This document shows positions 1-10,164 of a stretch of 64,000 bases of DNA, one piece after another. Within the stretch, counting starts at the first letter, position 1. Each line of letters begins with the position of its first letter. The stretch is from Gammaproteobacteria bacterium (GTDB taxonomy: Bacteria; Pseudomonadota; Gammaproteobacteria; JBPCXB01). The notes beneath the pieces are model-generated. The model did no database searches, was not told the DNA's origin, and was given only the letters and a program-made list of their open reading frames with translations. The stretch is from positions 6,560 through 70,559 of the forward strand of contig JBPCXB010000110.1 in the NCBI GenBank assembly GCA_051008935.1, given 5' to 3'. The translations under genes were made by a program, and so were the position numbers.

Positions 1-8
1 AAACCCCT

Positions 9-1403
9 TTGAAATTACAGCTTCCTTTATTAGGCTTGCTTCTGTCTCTCTCTATGGCAGGAGTCGTTTCTGCCCAAGCTGAAGAAACGCTTGCTGAAGG
101 CGAAGAGGCTGGCACTTTGGAACAGTTGCTTGAACTCGTTCGTCAGGGAAAAATTCGAGAAGACCGCGAAGCATCCCGTCGAGAAGAGACCTTTACGCGT
201 CAGGTGTCGCGCCAAAAGGCTCGGGTTGATTCGTTGAAGAACCGCTTGAACGAGTTGCGTGAAGATAGTACGCGCCTAGAGAATAAACGCAACGAGAATA
301 ATCTGGAAATTGCTCGGTTGCGTGAGCAAAAAGAGCGTAGCGAAGGGAGCCTGAAGGAAGTATTTGGTAATCTCCAAGCCAGCGCTTCAGCGGCAGCGGA
401 GTTGATGCAGACTTCTTTGGTGACTGCTCAATTAGGTACTGGGCGTATTGCGTACTTGCGAGATCTCGCTTTGCGTATGGAGAATACCGATAGGTTGCCA
501 GACATCTCCGAAATCGAGGAGCTCTGGGCTAAGTTGCAGGAAGAGCTGTATGAAGCAGGACGTGTTGTCTCTTTCCAAACAGAGGTCGTTGGTCTGGATG
601 GTGTTGCTAGACCTTGCGATGCACACCGCATTTCGGTTTACAACATTGTCTGCGATGGGAACTATGTAGTTTTGCAGCGAGCAGGCCATCTGTCTGAGTT
701 AAAAGCGCAGCCAGCCAGCAGATTTCATGCATCTGCGTCTAATCTAGGCAGCAAAGAGTACGTGCCTTTCGGTATAGACCCCACTGGGCCTCAAGGCAAT
801 ACGCTGCTCAAAAATTTGATCAGTAGCCCCACTTTAGGTGAGCGTATTGAACACGGCGGCATTATAGGTCGCCTGATCCTTATGCTGGGGAGCATTGGTA
901 TTCTTCTAGCACTCGCTAAGTTTGCTGAGATGACTTATATCAGCATTCAGCTGAGGGGACAATTGCGCAGAGAAGAAGTGTCTGAGAGCAATCCTCTGGG
1001 CCGCGTGCTGAAAGTTTACGATGAGCATAAGAATGCTTCGCTGGATGCGCTTGAAGCGCATTTGGCTCAGGCGATTGGGCGTGAGCGGCCGCGGATCGAA
1101 CGCTTTGTGCCGTTCTTGAAAATTATTGCCACTGTGGCGCCTCTTATGGGGCTATTAGGTACAGTGACCGGCATGATTATTACGTTCCAGCAGATCACTA
1201 TCTATGGAACAGGTGATCCCAAAACCATGGCGGGTGGTATTTCGGTTGCTTTGGTAACAACCGTTTTAGGCTTGGTTGTAGCTATTCCAATGGTGTTGGC
1301 GCATGCTATTGTGGCTTCAAGAGTCAAATCCGTGCTGACCATTTTGGAAGAACGTAGTATTGGTCTGGTCGCGCGTAAAGCTGAGGCTGAGGCAAGCGCT
1401 TAG
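9..1403 (+). CDS. TtpC-like MotA/TolQ/ExbB family protein with a long N-terminal signal peptide and coiled-coil region. The start is TTG at 9 or lies upstream of the window.
   Basis: Signal-peptide-like N-terminus (LKLQLPLLGLLLSLSMAGVVSAQA). About 250 aa of charged coiled coil. Three C-terminal TM helices with the MotA/ExbB signature (PLMGLLGTVTGMI...GGISVALVTTVLGLVVAIP). First gene of an exbB-exbD-tonB-TPR cluster, as in the Vibrio TonB2 system. Confidence 0.7.
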   Translation: MKLQLPLLGLLLSLSMAGVVSAQAEETLAEGEEAGTLEQLLELVRQGKIREDREASRREETFTRQVSRQKARVDSLKNRLNELREDSTRLENKRNENNLEIARLREQKERSEGSLKEVFGNLQASASAAAELMQTSLVTAQLGTGRIAYLRDLALRMENTDRLPDISEIEELWAKLQEELYEAGRVVSFQTEVVGLDGVARPCDAHRISVYNIVCDGNYVVLQRAGHLSELKAQPASRFHASASNLGSKEYVPFGIDPTGPQGNTLLKNLISSPTLGERIEHGGIIGRLILMLGSIGILLALAKFAEMTYISIQLRGQLRREEVSESNPLGRVLKVYDEHKNASLDALEAHLAQAIGRERPRIERFVPFLKIIATVAPLMGLLGTVTGMIITFQQITIYGTGDPKTMAGGISVALVTTVLGLVVAIPMVLAHAIVASRVKSVLTILEERSIGLVARKAEAEASA

Positions 1404-1454
1404 TTCGCTTTCCGAAGCCAAGAAGGAATTCAACTGGTAAACCAGGAGTAATAA

Positions 1455-1994
1455 ATGATCGACACTCTTTTAGTCTTTTATTACAATTCGCTGGACGCAG
1501 TTGTAGATTTCGGCGAAAGAGGTGGGCCAATTATTAACTACATAGGAATCGTCATTTTTTTTATGTGGTTTTTGGTTTTTGAGCGCTTCTGGTATTACTC
1601 AGTTGGGTATCGCGCATTACATCGCGATCTGATTGAGGAGTGGTCGCAACGGACCGAGTTGGTCTCTTGGTATGCGCAGAATATCAGGGCAGATTTGCTG
1701 TCTCAGGGTAAGATGGAAATCAACCGCAACATCAGCCTCATTGAATCTTGCTTTATGTTGTGTCCGTTGCTGGGGCTTTTAGGTACAGTAACCGGTATGA
1801 TAGATGTTTTTCAAGTGTTGGCAGTGACTGGAGGGGGAGACGCCAAGCCCATGGCGGGTGGTGTTTCTAGAGCGACTTTGCCGACTCTTTCTGGTATGGT
1901 AGGGGCTCTTTCAGGATATATTGCTTTGTTGTTTGTTCGGGCTCAGGCTAGGCGCAGAGAGCGAATTCTGGAATTTAACCTGCCGTCATCCTGA
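1455..1994 (+). CDS. exbB: ExbB-type proton channel (MotA/TolQ/ExbB family), short form
   Basis: ATG preceded by AGGAG. TM helices and the motif LLGLLGTVTGMIDVF...MAGGVSRATLPTLSGMVGAL. Immediately upstream of exbD. Confidence 0.8.
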   Translation: MIDTLLVFYYNSLDAVVDFGERGGPIINYIGIVIFFMWFLVFERFWYYSVGYRALHRDLIEEWSQRTELVSWYAQNIRADLLSQGKMEINRNISLIESCFMLCPLLGLLGTVTGMIDVFQVLAVTGGGDAKPMAGGVSRATLPTLSGMVGALSGYIALLFVRAQARRRERILEFNLPSS

Positions 1995-2056
1995 AGAAGA
2001 ATCAGGGATTTGTGTGGGCAAGATGAACCGGCATAGACAGGTTTAGGAGAATACGG

Positions 2057-2464
2057 ATGAGAAGAAACCTGATTCAGGCTGCAGTAGAAGAGCAGAATGA
2101 GATCGATATGACCCCCATGCTGGATGTGGTGTTCATCATGCTGATCTTCTTTATCGTCACGGCTAATTTTGTCAAGGAGCCAGGTTTGGAAGTCTCTCGA
2201 CCTGATTCGGAAACGGCCGAACAGCAAGAAAATGCCGGCATTTTGGTTGCAGTTGGGCAGCAAGGGGATGTCTATATGGATGGTAGACGCATTGATGTGC
2301 GTCAGGTCAAGGCGAATGTGCTTAGATTGCGAGCAGAACGGCCAGATGCAGCTGTTGTCATCCGGGCAGATAGCCTTGCGACTGCTGATATCATCACCGA
2401 GGTCATGGATGGTATCCGGGCTGCTGGTGTCCGAGACATTTCTTTGGCAGCTGATCCGAAATAA
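2057..2464 (+). CDS. exbD: ExbD/TolR biopolymer transport protein
   Basis: MTPMLDVVFIMLIFFIV single TM followed by a periplasmic domain. 135 aa. RBS AGGAGA. Confidence 0.85.
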   Translation: MRRNLIQAAVEEQNEIDMTPMLDVVFIMLIFFIVTANFVKEPGLEVSRPDSETAEQQENAGILVAVGQQGDVYMDGRRIDVRQVKANVLRLRAERPDAAVVIRADSLATADIITEVMDGIRAAGVRDISLAADPK

Positions 2465-2466
2465 TC

Positions 2467-3159
2467 ATGTTTGCCAAACTCAATCTAGATGCAGAGAGAA
2501 TTCTCGGCAGACTGTCGTGGTCTGTTTCTATCTATACCATCAGGTCTTGGGCCTTGCCCACCCTCTTCAGCTTGGGGGTGACATCTAGTCTATTTCTATT
2601 GATGATTGTGTTGATTGAGGCTGGCGATCAGCACAGAGAGATCTTTAAAGGCTATAAGATCAAAGATGTTGTCATGCCTCAGCGCGATATTGAAGTGGTG
2701 GATATTCCAGACCCCGAACCGCCGCCGGATCTTTTAAATCCCCCTGAAGTGCCTCAGCCGCAGAACGATGCAGATATCCAGCCAATCAACACCTCTTTTG
2801 TCAAGCCGGTTATTAATAATGCGGTATCTTTTACCGGGGCTGCCTTGGGTCAGAATTCGGAATTGATCCCCATTGTGCGCGTTAATCCGGTCTATCCGCA
2901 GCGTGCAGTCTCACGTGGTATTGAAGGCTGGGTGATGTTGGAATTTACCATTAATGGCGATGGACGCACCAAAGATATAAGCGTCATACGGCGTGAACCC
3001 AGTAGCATCTTTGATGGTGCGGCTATCAAAGCTATTTCCAAATGGCGCTATAGGCCCCGTATTATAGATGGGGAGCCACAAGAAGTAGAAGGGGTTCAGG
3101 TAAGACTGACTTTTGAGTTGGAAAAAGGGACAAATCAAAGCAGCCGTAATTTGTTTTAA
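2467..3159 (+). CDS. tonB: TonB energy transducer
   Basis: N-terminal TM, Pro-rich spacer (PDPEPPPDLLNPPEVPQPQ), and a TonB C-terminal domain (PVYPQRAVSRGIEGWVMLEFTINGDG...WRYRP). Confidence 0.75.
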   Translation: MFAKLNLDAERILGRLSWSVSIYTIRSWALPTLFSLGVTSSLFLLMIVLIEAGDQHREIFKGYKIKDVVMPQRDIEVVDIPDPEPPPDLLNPPEVPQPQNDADIQPINTSFVKPVINNAVSFTGAALGQNSELIPIVRVNPVYPQRAVSRGIEGWVMLEFTINGDGRTKDISVIRREPSSIFDGAAIKAISKWRYRPRIIDGEPQEVEGVQVRLTFELEKGTNQSSRNLF

Positions 3160-3257
3160 TCGGTTTCTGAAGGGGCTTGCAGAGCGTCCCGAGATCTTGC
3201 TATGATCTAGAAGTATAGATGGCAGGTATCGGGATAGTTGGAATTGGAGGTTTGGAA

Positions 3258-4853
3258 ATGTCACAAAATACCTTGCTCAAGTTGCCTGTGTATGGATTAA
3301 CCGTTGTTCTCGGTTTCGGTTGGATTTCGGTGCATGCTATGACGCTACTTGCACCCACTTTTGCCCATGCGCAAGAGAGTAAAAAACCTGCCAAAAAGCG
3401 TGTGGTTAAAAAAGTGAAGGCGCTGAGCCTAGTCGCACAGGGCTATGTCATCAAGGTCACGCGTATTTTTGGCGAAGCGACAAAATTGGGGGAGCGGGCT
3501 AGCAACATCCTGGCAAGCGCTGAACAGGCCAAGAAAGATATCGTAGTCTGGCAAGAAGAAATTAAGGCCGGCGATCTCAGTACCAAAAAAGTCGCAAAAC
3601 TCCGAGCGCAGATTGAAGACGCAGAAAAACTGATAGCCAGTGCCCCTAAAACCAGCGAGGCACTCAACGCAGCTTCTTTGAAATTAGTAGGCAGAGCTTT
3701 GCCAGTGCTAGATACGATGCGGGCCAATATAGGCAAGTTGCAAAGTCAAGATCGGGCAGCCATGTGGAACTACTATGGCTATATTTATTCCCTTCAGGAA
3801 AACTACAGAGGAGCACGAAGGGCGTATGATAATCTGCTCAAAGAAAGCGAAGTGGCGCCGAACCTGCGCTTACAGGCTATGTTTTCCAGCGGTCAACTGT
3901 CTATGGTTCTGGAAGAGTATCAGAAAGGTGTCAAGCGTTTAGAGCAGTGGTATGCCTATGCGCGCGAATTGGAGAAGCCCATCCGCCCAGGAGACCATTT
4001 TCTCTTAGCGCAGGGCTACTATGCGCTCTCGGAATATGACAAAGTGATTGTGCGCATCAATGATGCTATCGAGTTGGCCTTGTCGAAAGCAATACCTCTT
4101 AGAGAGGGCTGGTTGCGCCTTTTGGTTGCTACTTATTTTGTGAAAGAAAATTTCACAGCTGCCCGCGAGCCTTTAGAGGCCTTAGTGCTTTTATTTCCCA
4201 AGCGAGAATACTGGATACAGCTGCAGGGTACTTACGGCGAACTGGAATTACGCGAGAACCAGCTGGCGATTCTGGATTTGGCGTGGCGGCAAGGTTTGCT
4301 AGAACGTTCGAGTGAGTTTGTGGCTTTATCTCAGCATTTGCAGTTGGCAGGCGATCCATTGCAGGCAGCTTTAGTCCTGACAGATGGCATCGATCAGGAG
4401 ATTGTGGAAGAGGATTTTGATAAGCTGTCGCTGCTTGCAAATTACTGGTTGCGTGCGCAGGAAATTAAAAAAGCCCTAGAGAGCTTTGAAAAGGCGAGCG
4501 AAGAGACCGATAGTGGAAAAATGCACTTTCGTATGGCGCAAATTCTGTTTCTTGAAAATCAGATAGAAGAGGCCTATAAGGCAGCAGAGATCGCTTATAA
4601 AAGGGGCGGCATCGATGATTTGGAAAGCGTGCGTATTCTGATGGCTCAGTCTTTATTGGAACTTGGCGAATACGAACAAGCCCTCGAGATTTTTAATGAT
4701 ATTGCCAGTGAAAGCGAGAAGGCGAAATCTCGGGTCAAAAGTTGGTTGAAATATGCTGCTACTCAGCAGGATGCCATTGATGCAATGAATGCGGCTATTG
4801 ATGTTTATAAAGCTCAAGAGCGGGAAATTCTGTCTAGTTTGGAGCTTCGGTAA
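3258..4853 (+). CDS. TPR-repeat periplasmic protein (TtpD-like accessory protein of the TonB2 system)
   Basis: Signal peptide MSQNTLLKLPVYGLTVVLGFGWISVHAMTLLAPTFAHA after a GGAGG RBS. Helical TPR-like repeats throughout. Position directly after tonB. Confidence 0.6.
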   Translation: MSQNTLLKLPVYGLTVVLGFGWISVHAMTLLAPTFAHAQESKKPAKKRVVKKVKALSLVAQGYVIKVTRIFGEATKLGERASNILASAEQAKKDIVVWQEEIKAGDLSTKKVAKLRAQIEDAEKLIASAPKTSEALNAASLKLVGRALPVLDTMRANIGKLQSQDRAAMWNYYGYIYSLQENYRGARRAYDNLLKESEVAPNLRLQAMFSSGQLSMVLEEYQKGVKRLEQWYAYARELEKPIRPGDHFLLAQGYYALSEYDKVIVRINDAIELALSKAIPLREGWLRLLVATYFVKENFTAAREPLEALVLLFPKREYWIQLQGTYGELELRENQLAILDLAWRQGLLERSSEFVALSQHLQLAGDPLQAALVLTDGIDQEIVEEDFDKLSLLANYWLRAQEIKKALESFEKASEETDSGKMHFRMAQILFLENQIEEAYKAAEIAYKRGGIDDLESVRILMAQSLLELGEYEQALEIFNDIASESEKAKSRVKSWLKYAATQQDAIDAMNAAIDVYKAQEREILSSLELR

Positions 4854-4856
4854 AGA

Positions 4857-5489
4857 CTAGCGCACCGGGCGGGTATAGCTGCAGAAGCGGATGCTGGCTT
4901 CACCTGCCGCTGTTGTTGTACCGGCTCTTTCATGTTGCAGAATCCAGTCTGTTTTTAGCTTGAAATCTGGTAAGTACGTGTTGCCCGAGACCGTTTGATC
5001 GATCCAGGTGATATAGAGATTTTCGGCTTGAGCCACCGTCTGTTCGTAGATCGTTGCTCCCCCTATTACCATCAAATCGCGCTTGCCTTCGGCAAGAGAC
5101 TGGGCTTTGTTCAATCCGGTTTCCAGAGCAGCATCCAGCTGGTTGAAAAGGTACAGGCAGGGTGCATCCTGCGCTTGAGCTAGTGCCAGCTTGTCAGCAT
5201 CGTTGTGATAAATTGGCACATCGGTTACCAGATGCTGTTTGAGTTCAGTCGGTTGTTTGGAACTAACGACTAAGTTGATGCGTTGATGCAAGGGGGCTCC
5301 GATACTGGAAAAAGTGTTCTGGCCCATGAGTACCACTTTTCCAAGTGTCATGTCGCGGAAGTACCTTAAATCTTCTGGAATGTGCCAAGGCATTTTGTTG
5401 TCCGCCCCAATGATCCATCTGTCGGCATGGTGGCTCTTAGCGGCGGCGACGATGAGCGATATTTTTTTCTTTGCCTGCACGCTAACCAT
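4857..5489 (-). CDS. folA: dihydrofolate reductase, with a C-terminal extension
   Basis: ISLIVAAAKS...RWIIGADNKMPWHIPEDLRYFRDMTLGKVVLMGQNTFSSIG matches the DHFR fold motifs. Adjacent to thyA. Confidence 0.8.
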   Translation of the reverse strand: MVSVQAKKKISLIVAAAKSHHADRWIIGADNKMPWHIPEDLRYFRDMTLGKVVLMGQNTFSSIGAPLHQRINLVVSSKQPTELKQHLVTDVPIYHNDADKLALAQAQDAPCLYLFNQLDAALETGLNKAQSLAEGKRDLMVIGGATIYEQTVAQAENLYITWIDQTVSGNTYLPDFKLKTDWILQHERAGTTTAAGEASIRFCSYTRPVR

Positions 5490-5514
5490 CAGATGTGTCG
5501 TTAGGGGTGATTTA

Positions 5515-6330
5515 TCAGACTGCGACCGGGGCAGCGATGTGAGGGGCAGGCTGATAGCCCTCTAGCTTCAGGTGCTCATATTCAAGCGATAGCAGTTGCT
5601 TTAGGCGGTTCTGCTGATTGTTTGCAGGTGCTAAGATCGATAAGCGTGGCAAATCCCTCGGGTTACGCTGCAACTGTTCCCGAGCTTGATCGAGATGGTT
5701 GAGGTACAGATGGCAGTCGCCTATGGTGTGAATGAATTCGCCGACGTCTAGCTTGCAGCTGTATGCAATCATGTGTGTTAATAGAGCGTAGCTGGCGATA
5801 TTAAAGGGTACGCCCAAAAACAAATCGGCGCTTCGTTGGTAGAGCTGGCAGGACAGTTTATTGTCAGAGATATAGAATTGCGCCATCAAATGGCAGGGCG
5901 GCAAGGCCATTTCATTGATGGATTCAGGGTTCCAAGCGCTAAGGATGTGCCTTCGCGAATAGGGTTGCTCTACCAATCCTTGGAGCAGGTTGGCAATCTG
6001 GTCGATTGATTTTTCAGGTTGCTGAGACCATTTTCGCCACTGAAAACCGTATACAGGGCCCAATTCGCCTTGAGCGTCTGCCCATTCATCCCATATCGTC
6101 ACACCGTGTTTCTGCAACCACCGGACATTGGTTTCTCCGCGCAAGAACCACAGCAACTCGTATGCCACTGATCGGAAGTGGATTTTTTTAGTCGTAACAA
6201 GGGGGAAGCCTTGCTGCAAATCGTACCTGCATTGCGCACCGAACAGACCCATTGTGCCTATTCCAGTGCGATCAACTCGGCGTTCGCCGTGGTTCAGAAC
6301 ATTCTCGACCAGATCTAGATATTGGCGCAT
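5515..6330 (-). CDS. thyA: thymidylate synthase. The start is taken at MRQYLDL, not the upstream ATG of the ORF track.
   Basis: [26 protein letters not shown]...[12 protein letters not shown] (active-site Cys). Confidence 0.9.
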   Translation of the reverse strand: MRQYLDLVENVLNHGERRVDRTGIGTMGLFGAQCRYDLQQGFPLVTTKKIHFRSVAYELLWFLRGETNVRWLQKHGVTIWDEWADAQGELGPVYGFQWRKWSQQPEKSIDQIANLLQGLVEQPYSRRHILSAWNPESINEMALPPCHLMAQFYISDNKLSCQLYQRSADLFLGVPFNIASYALLTHMIAYSCKLDVGEFIHTIGDCHLYLNHLDQAREQLQRNPRDLPRLSILAPANNQQNRLKQLLSLEYEHLKLEGYQPAPHIAAPVAV

Positions 6331-6352
6331 GGAACCTGCTCTTTGCCCAGAT

Positions 6353-7180
6353 TTAGCGGTAGAAACGCTTGATTGCCCTATCCCAGTGCAACAGCAGACT
6401 AGAGCGCATGATATAAACGAATAATCCGACTCCTGCAATTAGAACAGGGAGTGTCAGCAATTGGCCGCGCGTGACCCAGCCCCACAGATCAAAGCCTATG
6501 TGAGTGTCTGGGGTACGGACGAACTCGATACTAATACGGAAGATTCCGTAGCCGACCAGAAAGAGAGCGGCTAATAGCCCGTCGGGCTGATTTTTTCTGT
6601 CCCGGAGCGCCAGCCAATTCAGAACAAAAAACAGCACCAGCCCTTCCAAGACAGCTTCATAGAGCTGTGAGGGGTGTCGGAGCAGTTTTTCAGGGTCAGT
6701 TGCAAAGATCACACCCCAGGGCCCATCGGTTGGTCGGCCCCAGAGTTCTGCATTGATAAAGTTCGCAATACGCATGCAAAAAATGACCAGAGGTGCAGAC
6801 AGGGCGGCTAGATCCATAGCTTGGAGCAAGTTTTTTTGATAGTGTCTGCAACACAGCCAGATGGTGATCAGTCCGCCACATAAAGCGCCGTGGAAAGAGA
6901 GCCCGCCTTCCCACAGGAAGAAAATATCTAGAGGGTTTTGCCAATAGTAAGCAGCATTGTAGAACAATATATACCCAAGCCGTGCTCCGAGCAGTGCGCC
7001 TACAAAGATGTATAGTAGAAAAGTTTCTACCAGCTCGTCGTTCCAGCTAGGCCACTTGCGCGCTACCCGCATCGCTGTGATCCAAGCCATTAACACGCCA
7101 GTAAATGCACAGATGCCATACCAGTGCACAGACAAGGGCCCTAGAGACAGGGCGACTGGATCAATATAAGGCAGGTGCAT
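6353..7180 (-). CDS. lgt: prolipoprotein diacylglyceryl transferase
   Basis: [19 protein letters not shown]...[12 protein letters not shown]...HPSQLYEA. Conserved lgt-thyA pairing. Confidence 0.9.
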   Translation of the reverse strand: MHLPYIDPVALSLGPLSVHWYGICAFTGVLMAWITAMRVARKWPSWNDELVETFLLYIFVGALLGARLGYILFYNAAYYWQNPLDIFFLWEGGLSFHGALCGGLITIWLCCRHYQKNLLQAMDLAALSAPLVIFCMRIANFINAELWGRPTDGPWGVIFATDPEKLLRHPSQLYEAVLEGLVLFFVLNWLALRDRKNQPDGLLAALFLVGYGIFRISIEFVRTPDTHIGFDLWGWVTRGQLLTLPVLIAGVGLFVYIMRSSLLLHWDRAIKRFYR

Positions 7181-7979
7181 AGGCGGGTCCTATCAGGTAT
7201 ATAGAGATAATCAACAAGTACCCAGCAAATAGACGCTTCAGCAATACAGGTGGCAGCTTTTTTGCAGCCCGAGCACCTACCCAGGCACTGGGCACGCTGG
7301 TCAGCACGATGGCCAGCACAGCAGGCCAGTAAATATAGCCAGTGCTGAAAGGCTGGTCGTACGATGGGTCCGTAAGAAGAGCATAGGTCAGCGTGGCGGC
7401 AAAAGCAATGGGTACAGTGCATGCGGCTGAAGTGGCAATGGCCTGATGAATGGAGCGCCCAGCCCAACTGAGAAAAGGAACTGTAATTGAGCCGCCACCT
7501 ACACCGAAAATACTGGAAGCAACGCCTATTGTGCAGCCAATAGGGAGTAGACGCGGGCCGGCATAGCGCATGACCTGCTCCTCTTTGATTCGATGGAGGC
7601 TCATTTGCAGGGCTGTCAGAATTGCAAACACGCCGATGGCGATACTCAGAGTTTTCCCGTCCAACTGGCCAGCAATCAATGCCCCTAACACGGCGCCCAC
7701 AAGAAGCCCCGGTACCAACCATTGGACATCCCGCCAGTCGATAGGGCTCTGAATGATATGTTGGCGTGCGGATGCGATTGAGGTAAAACAGATGGTCGCC
7801 AAAGAGGATGCAATGGCCACATGACTAACTCGGTCGGGGTGGAAGCCCGTTGGGTCAAAGGAAAATACGAAAATGAGCAGGGGTACGATTACCAGCCCAC
7901 CGCCAATTCCAAATAGGCCCGCCAGCAACCCGGCTACTGTACCTGTCAATAAGTAGAGCAGACTGATCAAAGAAAGCAT
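7161..7979 (-). CDS. TauE/SafE family (DUF81) sulfite/anion exporter. Its 3' end overlaps lgt by 20 bp.
   Basis: Two internal repeats with G-rich TM motifs (GLLAGLFGIGGGLVIVPLL ... IFGVGGGSITVPFL). Confidence 0.75.
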   Translation of the reverse strand: MLSLISLLYLLTGTVAGLLAGLFGIGGGLVIVPLLIFVFSFDPTGFHPDRVSHVAIASSLATICFTSIASARQHIIQSPIDWRDVQWLVPGLLVGAVLGALIAGQLDGKTLSIAIGVFAILTALQMSLHRIKEEQVMRYAGPRLLPIGCTIGVASSIFGVGGGSITVPFLSWAGRSIHQAIATSAACTVPIAFAATLTYALLTDPSYDQPFSTGYIYWPAVLAIVLTSVPSAWVGARAAKKLPPVLLKRLFAGYLLIISIYLIGPAYAPALY

Positions 7980-8039
7980 GATCTGCCGTAGTGCTGGGAG
8001 TTTCTAAACAAAATTTTAAGTGGAATCCGTATTTTTTAT

Positions 8040-8995
8040 TACTAAACGTTGCCTGAGACAAGCTCAGGCAACGTAGGACTCTAGACAGCCTTAAACACAA
8101 ATTCTTACTACACCACTACGCACTTAAACACACCCCTCTCTGACACTACTACGCGCCCTGAGCCTGACGAAGGGCGCCTTTAGAAAAAGAGTAAAAATCA
8201 CAAGCTCAGGCAACGTTGTGCACTAGACAGCCTTAAACACAAATTCCATCTACCCTACCACGCGCCCTAAGATAGCCGCTGGCATTTTTTACTTTTTTAT
8301 TTCTAAAGGCTGGACTAGTGCTCTTTACTAAAGGTTGCCTGAAACAAGTTCAGGCAACGTTGTGTACTAGATAGACTTAAACACAAATTCCCTCTACTCC
8401 ACTACGCACTTAAACACACCCCTCTCTGACACTACTACGCGCCCTGAGCCTGACGAAGGGCGCCTTTAGAGAAAGAGTACCAGTTGCCTTTAGAAAAAGA
8501 GTAAAAATCACAGGTTCAGGCAACGTTGTGCACTAGACAGCCTTAAACACAAATTCCATCTACCCTACCACGCGCCCTGAGATAGCCGCTGGCATTTTTT
8601 ACTTTTTTATTTCTAAAGGTTGCCTGAAACAAGTTCAGGCAACGTGGAACTCTAGAAAGTCTTGAACACAAATTCTTATTACACCACTACGCACTCTAAA
8701 CACAATTCCCTCTACTCCACTACGCACTTAAACACACCCCTCTCTGACACCACTACGCGCCCTGAGCCTGACGAAGGGCGCCTTTAGAGAAAGAGTACTA
8801 GTCCGCCTGACTTTTTTTATTACTAAAGGTTGCCTGAAACAAGTTCAGGCAACGTTGTGTACTAGACAGACTTAAACACAATCCTATCTACACTACCACG
8901 CGCCCTGAGCTTGACGAAGGGCGCCTTTAGAAAAAGAGTAAAAATGCCTTTAGAGAAAGAGTACTAGTATAGAATAGCCGCAACCAGAGTTCTCA
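8040..8995. repeat. Non-coding complex tandem macro-repeat array. About 3.5 copies of a 285-300 bp unit, each carrying two conserved hairpins.
   Basis: Direct reading. Recurrent GTTGCCTGAAACAAGTTCAGGCAAC (9-bp stem) at about 8048, 8345, 8628 and 8829, with half copies near 8200 and 8510. Recurrent GCGCCCTGAGCCTGACGAAGGGCGC hairpins. Recurrent CACTACGCAC and TTAAACACAAATTCC motifs. No ORF. Confidence 0.85.
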
Positions 8996-9035
8996 ACGGC
9001 TAACGCCAGTTGAGAGGTACTAGGAGATTTTTTTT

Positions 9036-10154
9036 ATGTTGTGTGCAACTATCTATCAGGCTAGTTATGGTAAGAAGTTTTTTGGGGGTACGCTGATCGT
9101 TGCTGGTATGCTACTTCTGCAGGGTTGCTCGCAAGAGCCAGAGCCGCTTTTGGCGGAAGTTTCCTGCCAAGATGTAGGCGATATTGAGGTAGTCTGTGGT
9201 TTTCACCGGCCGGAAGATCTTGAGCTAACGCCGGATGGTAGTTACCTGATTGTGAGTGAGATGAACGGTACCATTGATGCGACTTTCGACCCGGGTCGGC
9301 TGTCGTTTTATGATCTTCGCACGCGCAAGCGAATCACTGCTGACTTGGAGCTAGATGCGACTCCAGGCTGGGGAGACCCAAACTGTCAGTCGCCCGAGCA
9401 CTTGGATTTTTCGCCGCATGGTATTTATCTGCAGACACAGACCCAACACCCCTACCCAGTGCTGGCGGTAGTCAGTCACTACCCTCGTGAAGCAATAGAA
9501 ATTTTCAGCCTCCAGCACCAAGAAGACGGTCGGCCTTACTTGGTCTGGCGTGGTTGTCTGATCCCACCTGGTATGCCATTTCTGAATGATGTGGCAATTA
9601 CCACTGACGGCACGTTTTATTTCACACATATGTTTGATCGGGATGCTTGGGGTTTTGGGCTGATTGCTCGACTGGTGTTGTCATGGGATACGGGCTTTGT
9701 GTGGTCTTGGTCACCAGCAACAGGCTACAACAAGGTGCCGGGTTCAGATGGCAGCTTTCCCAACGGTATCAGCCTGGACCCCGATGCGGGTATCTTGCTA
9801 GTGAACTATTACACAGATAATCTGATGCAGACTTTTAGCTTAGAGACAGGAAACCGCCTCGGGGCATTTGAGATTCAGTTCCCGGACAATGTGTCTTATG
9901 TTGATGGAGTAGCCTATGTAGCTTCGCACCAGATCGAGTTGGGTGGTTCGGATGCCTGCGCTCACCTGACCAGTACGTGCCCGCTTCCTTACAGCATCTA
10001 CCGGATAGACCCTGTCACTCTGGAAGGTGAGCAGATACTTTATGGTGACGGCCCGCCGTTTGGCTTGGCAACGGTGGCTATTCCTGTGGAGAGGCGATTA
10101 TGGATGGGTTCTTTTACCGGTGATCGTATTGCAAGCGCGCCTTTGGCGCGTTGA
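9036..10154 (+). CDS. Lipoprotein, likely six-bladed beta-propeller (SMP-30/gluconolactonase/LRE-like)
   Basis: Lipobox LLLQGC. DG/NG-rich blade-like segments (PNGISLDPDAG, TDGTFYFTH). Confidence 0.45.
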   Translation: MLCATIYQASYGKKFFGGTLIVAGMLLLQGCSQEPEPLLAEVSCQDVGDIEVVCGFHRPEDLELTPDGSYLIVSEMNGTIDATFDPGRLSFYDLRTRKRITADLELDATPGWGDPNCQSPEHLDFSPHGIYLQTQTQHPYPVLAVVSHYPREAIEIFSLQHQEDGRPYLVWRGCLIPPGMPFLNDVAITTDGTFYFTHMFDRDAWGFGLIARLVLSWDTGFVWSWSPATGYNKVPGSDGSFPNGISLDPDAGILLVNYYTDNLMQTFSLETGNRLGAFEIQFPDNVSYVDGVAYVASHQIELGGSDACAHLTSTCPLPYSIYRIDPVTLEGEQILYGDGPPFGLATVAIPVERRLWMGSFTGDRIASAPLAR

Positions 10155-10164
10155 TATAGTCAGC

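Noticed and set aside
2169-2588. 139-aa + strand ORF overlapping exbD/tonB
   Set aside because: Alternative frame of exbD with no RBS. The exbD frame has clear family motifs.
6331-6438. N-terminal 36-aa extension of the thyA ORF ([19 protein letters not shown]...)
   Set aside because: ThyA orthologues start at MRQYLDL. The extension would overlap lgt and has no support.
7141-7722. 193-aa Cys/Arg-rich minus-strand ORF
   Set aside because: Lies entirely inside the tauE-family gene in another frame. The composition is implausible for a real protein.
8040-8995. Possible CRISPR array
   Set aside because: The repeats are long (~290 bp macro-units), imperfect and nested. The sequences between hairpins are themselves repeated, so they are not unique spacers. 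No cas genes are nearby. It is not CRISPR-like.
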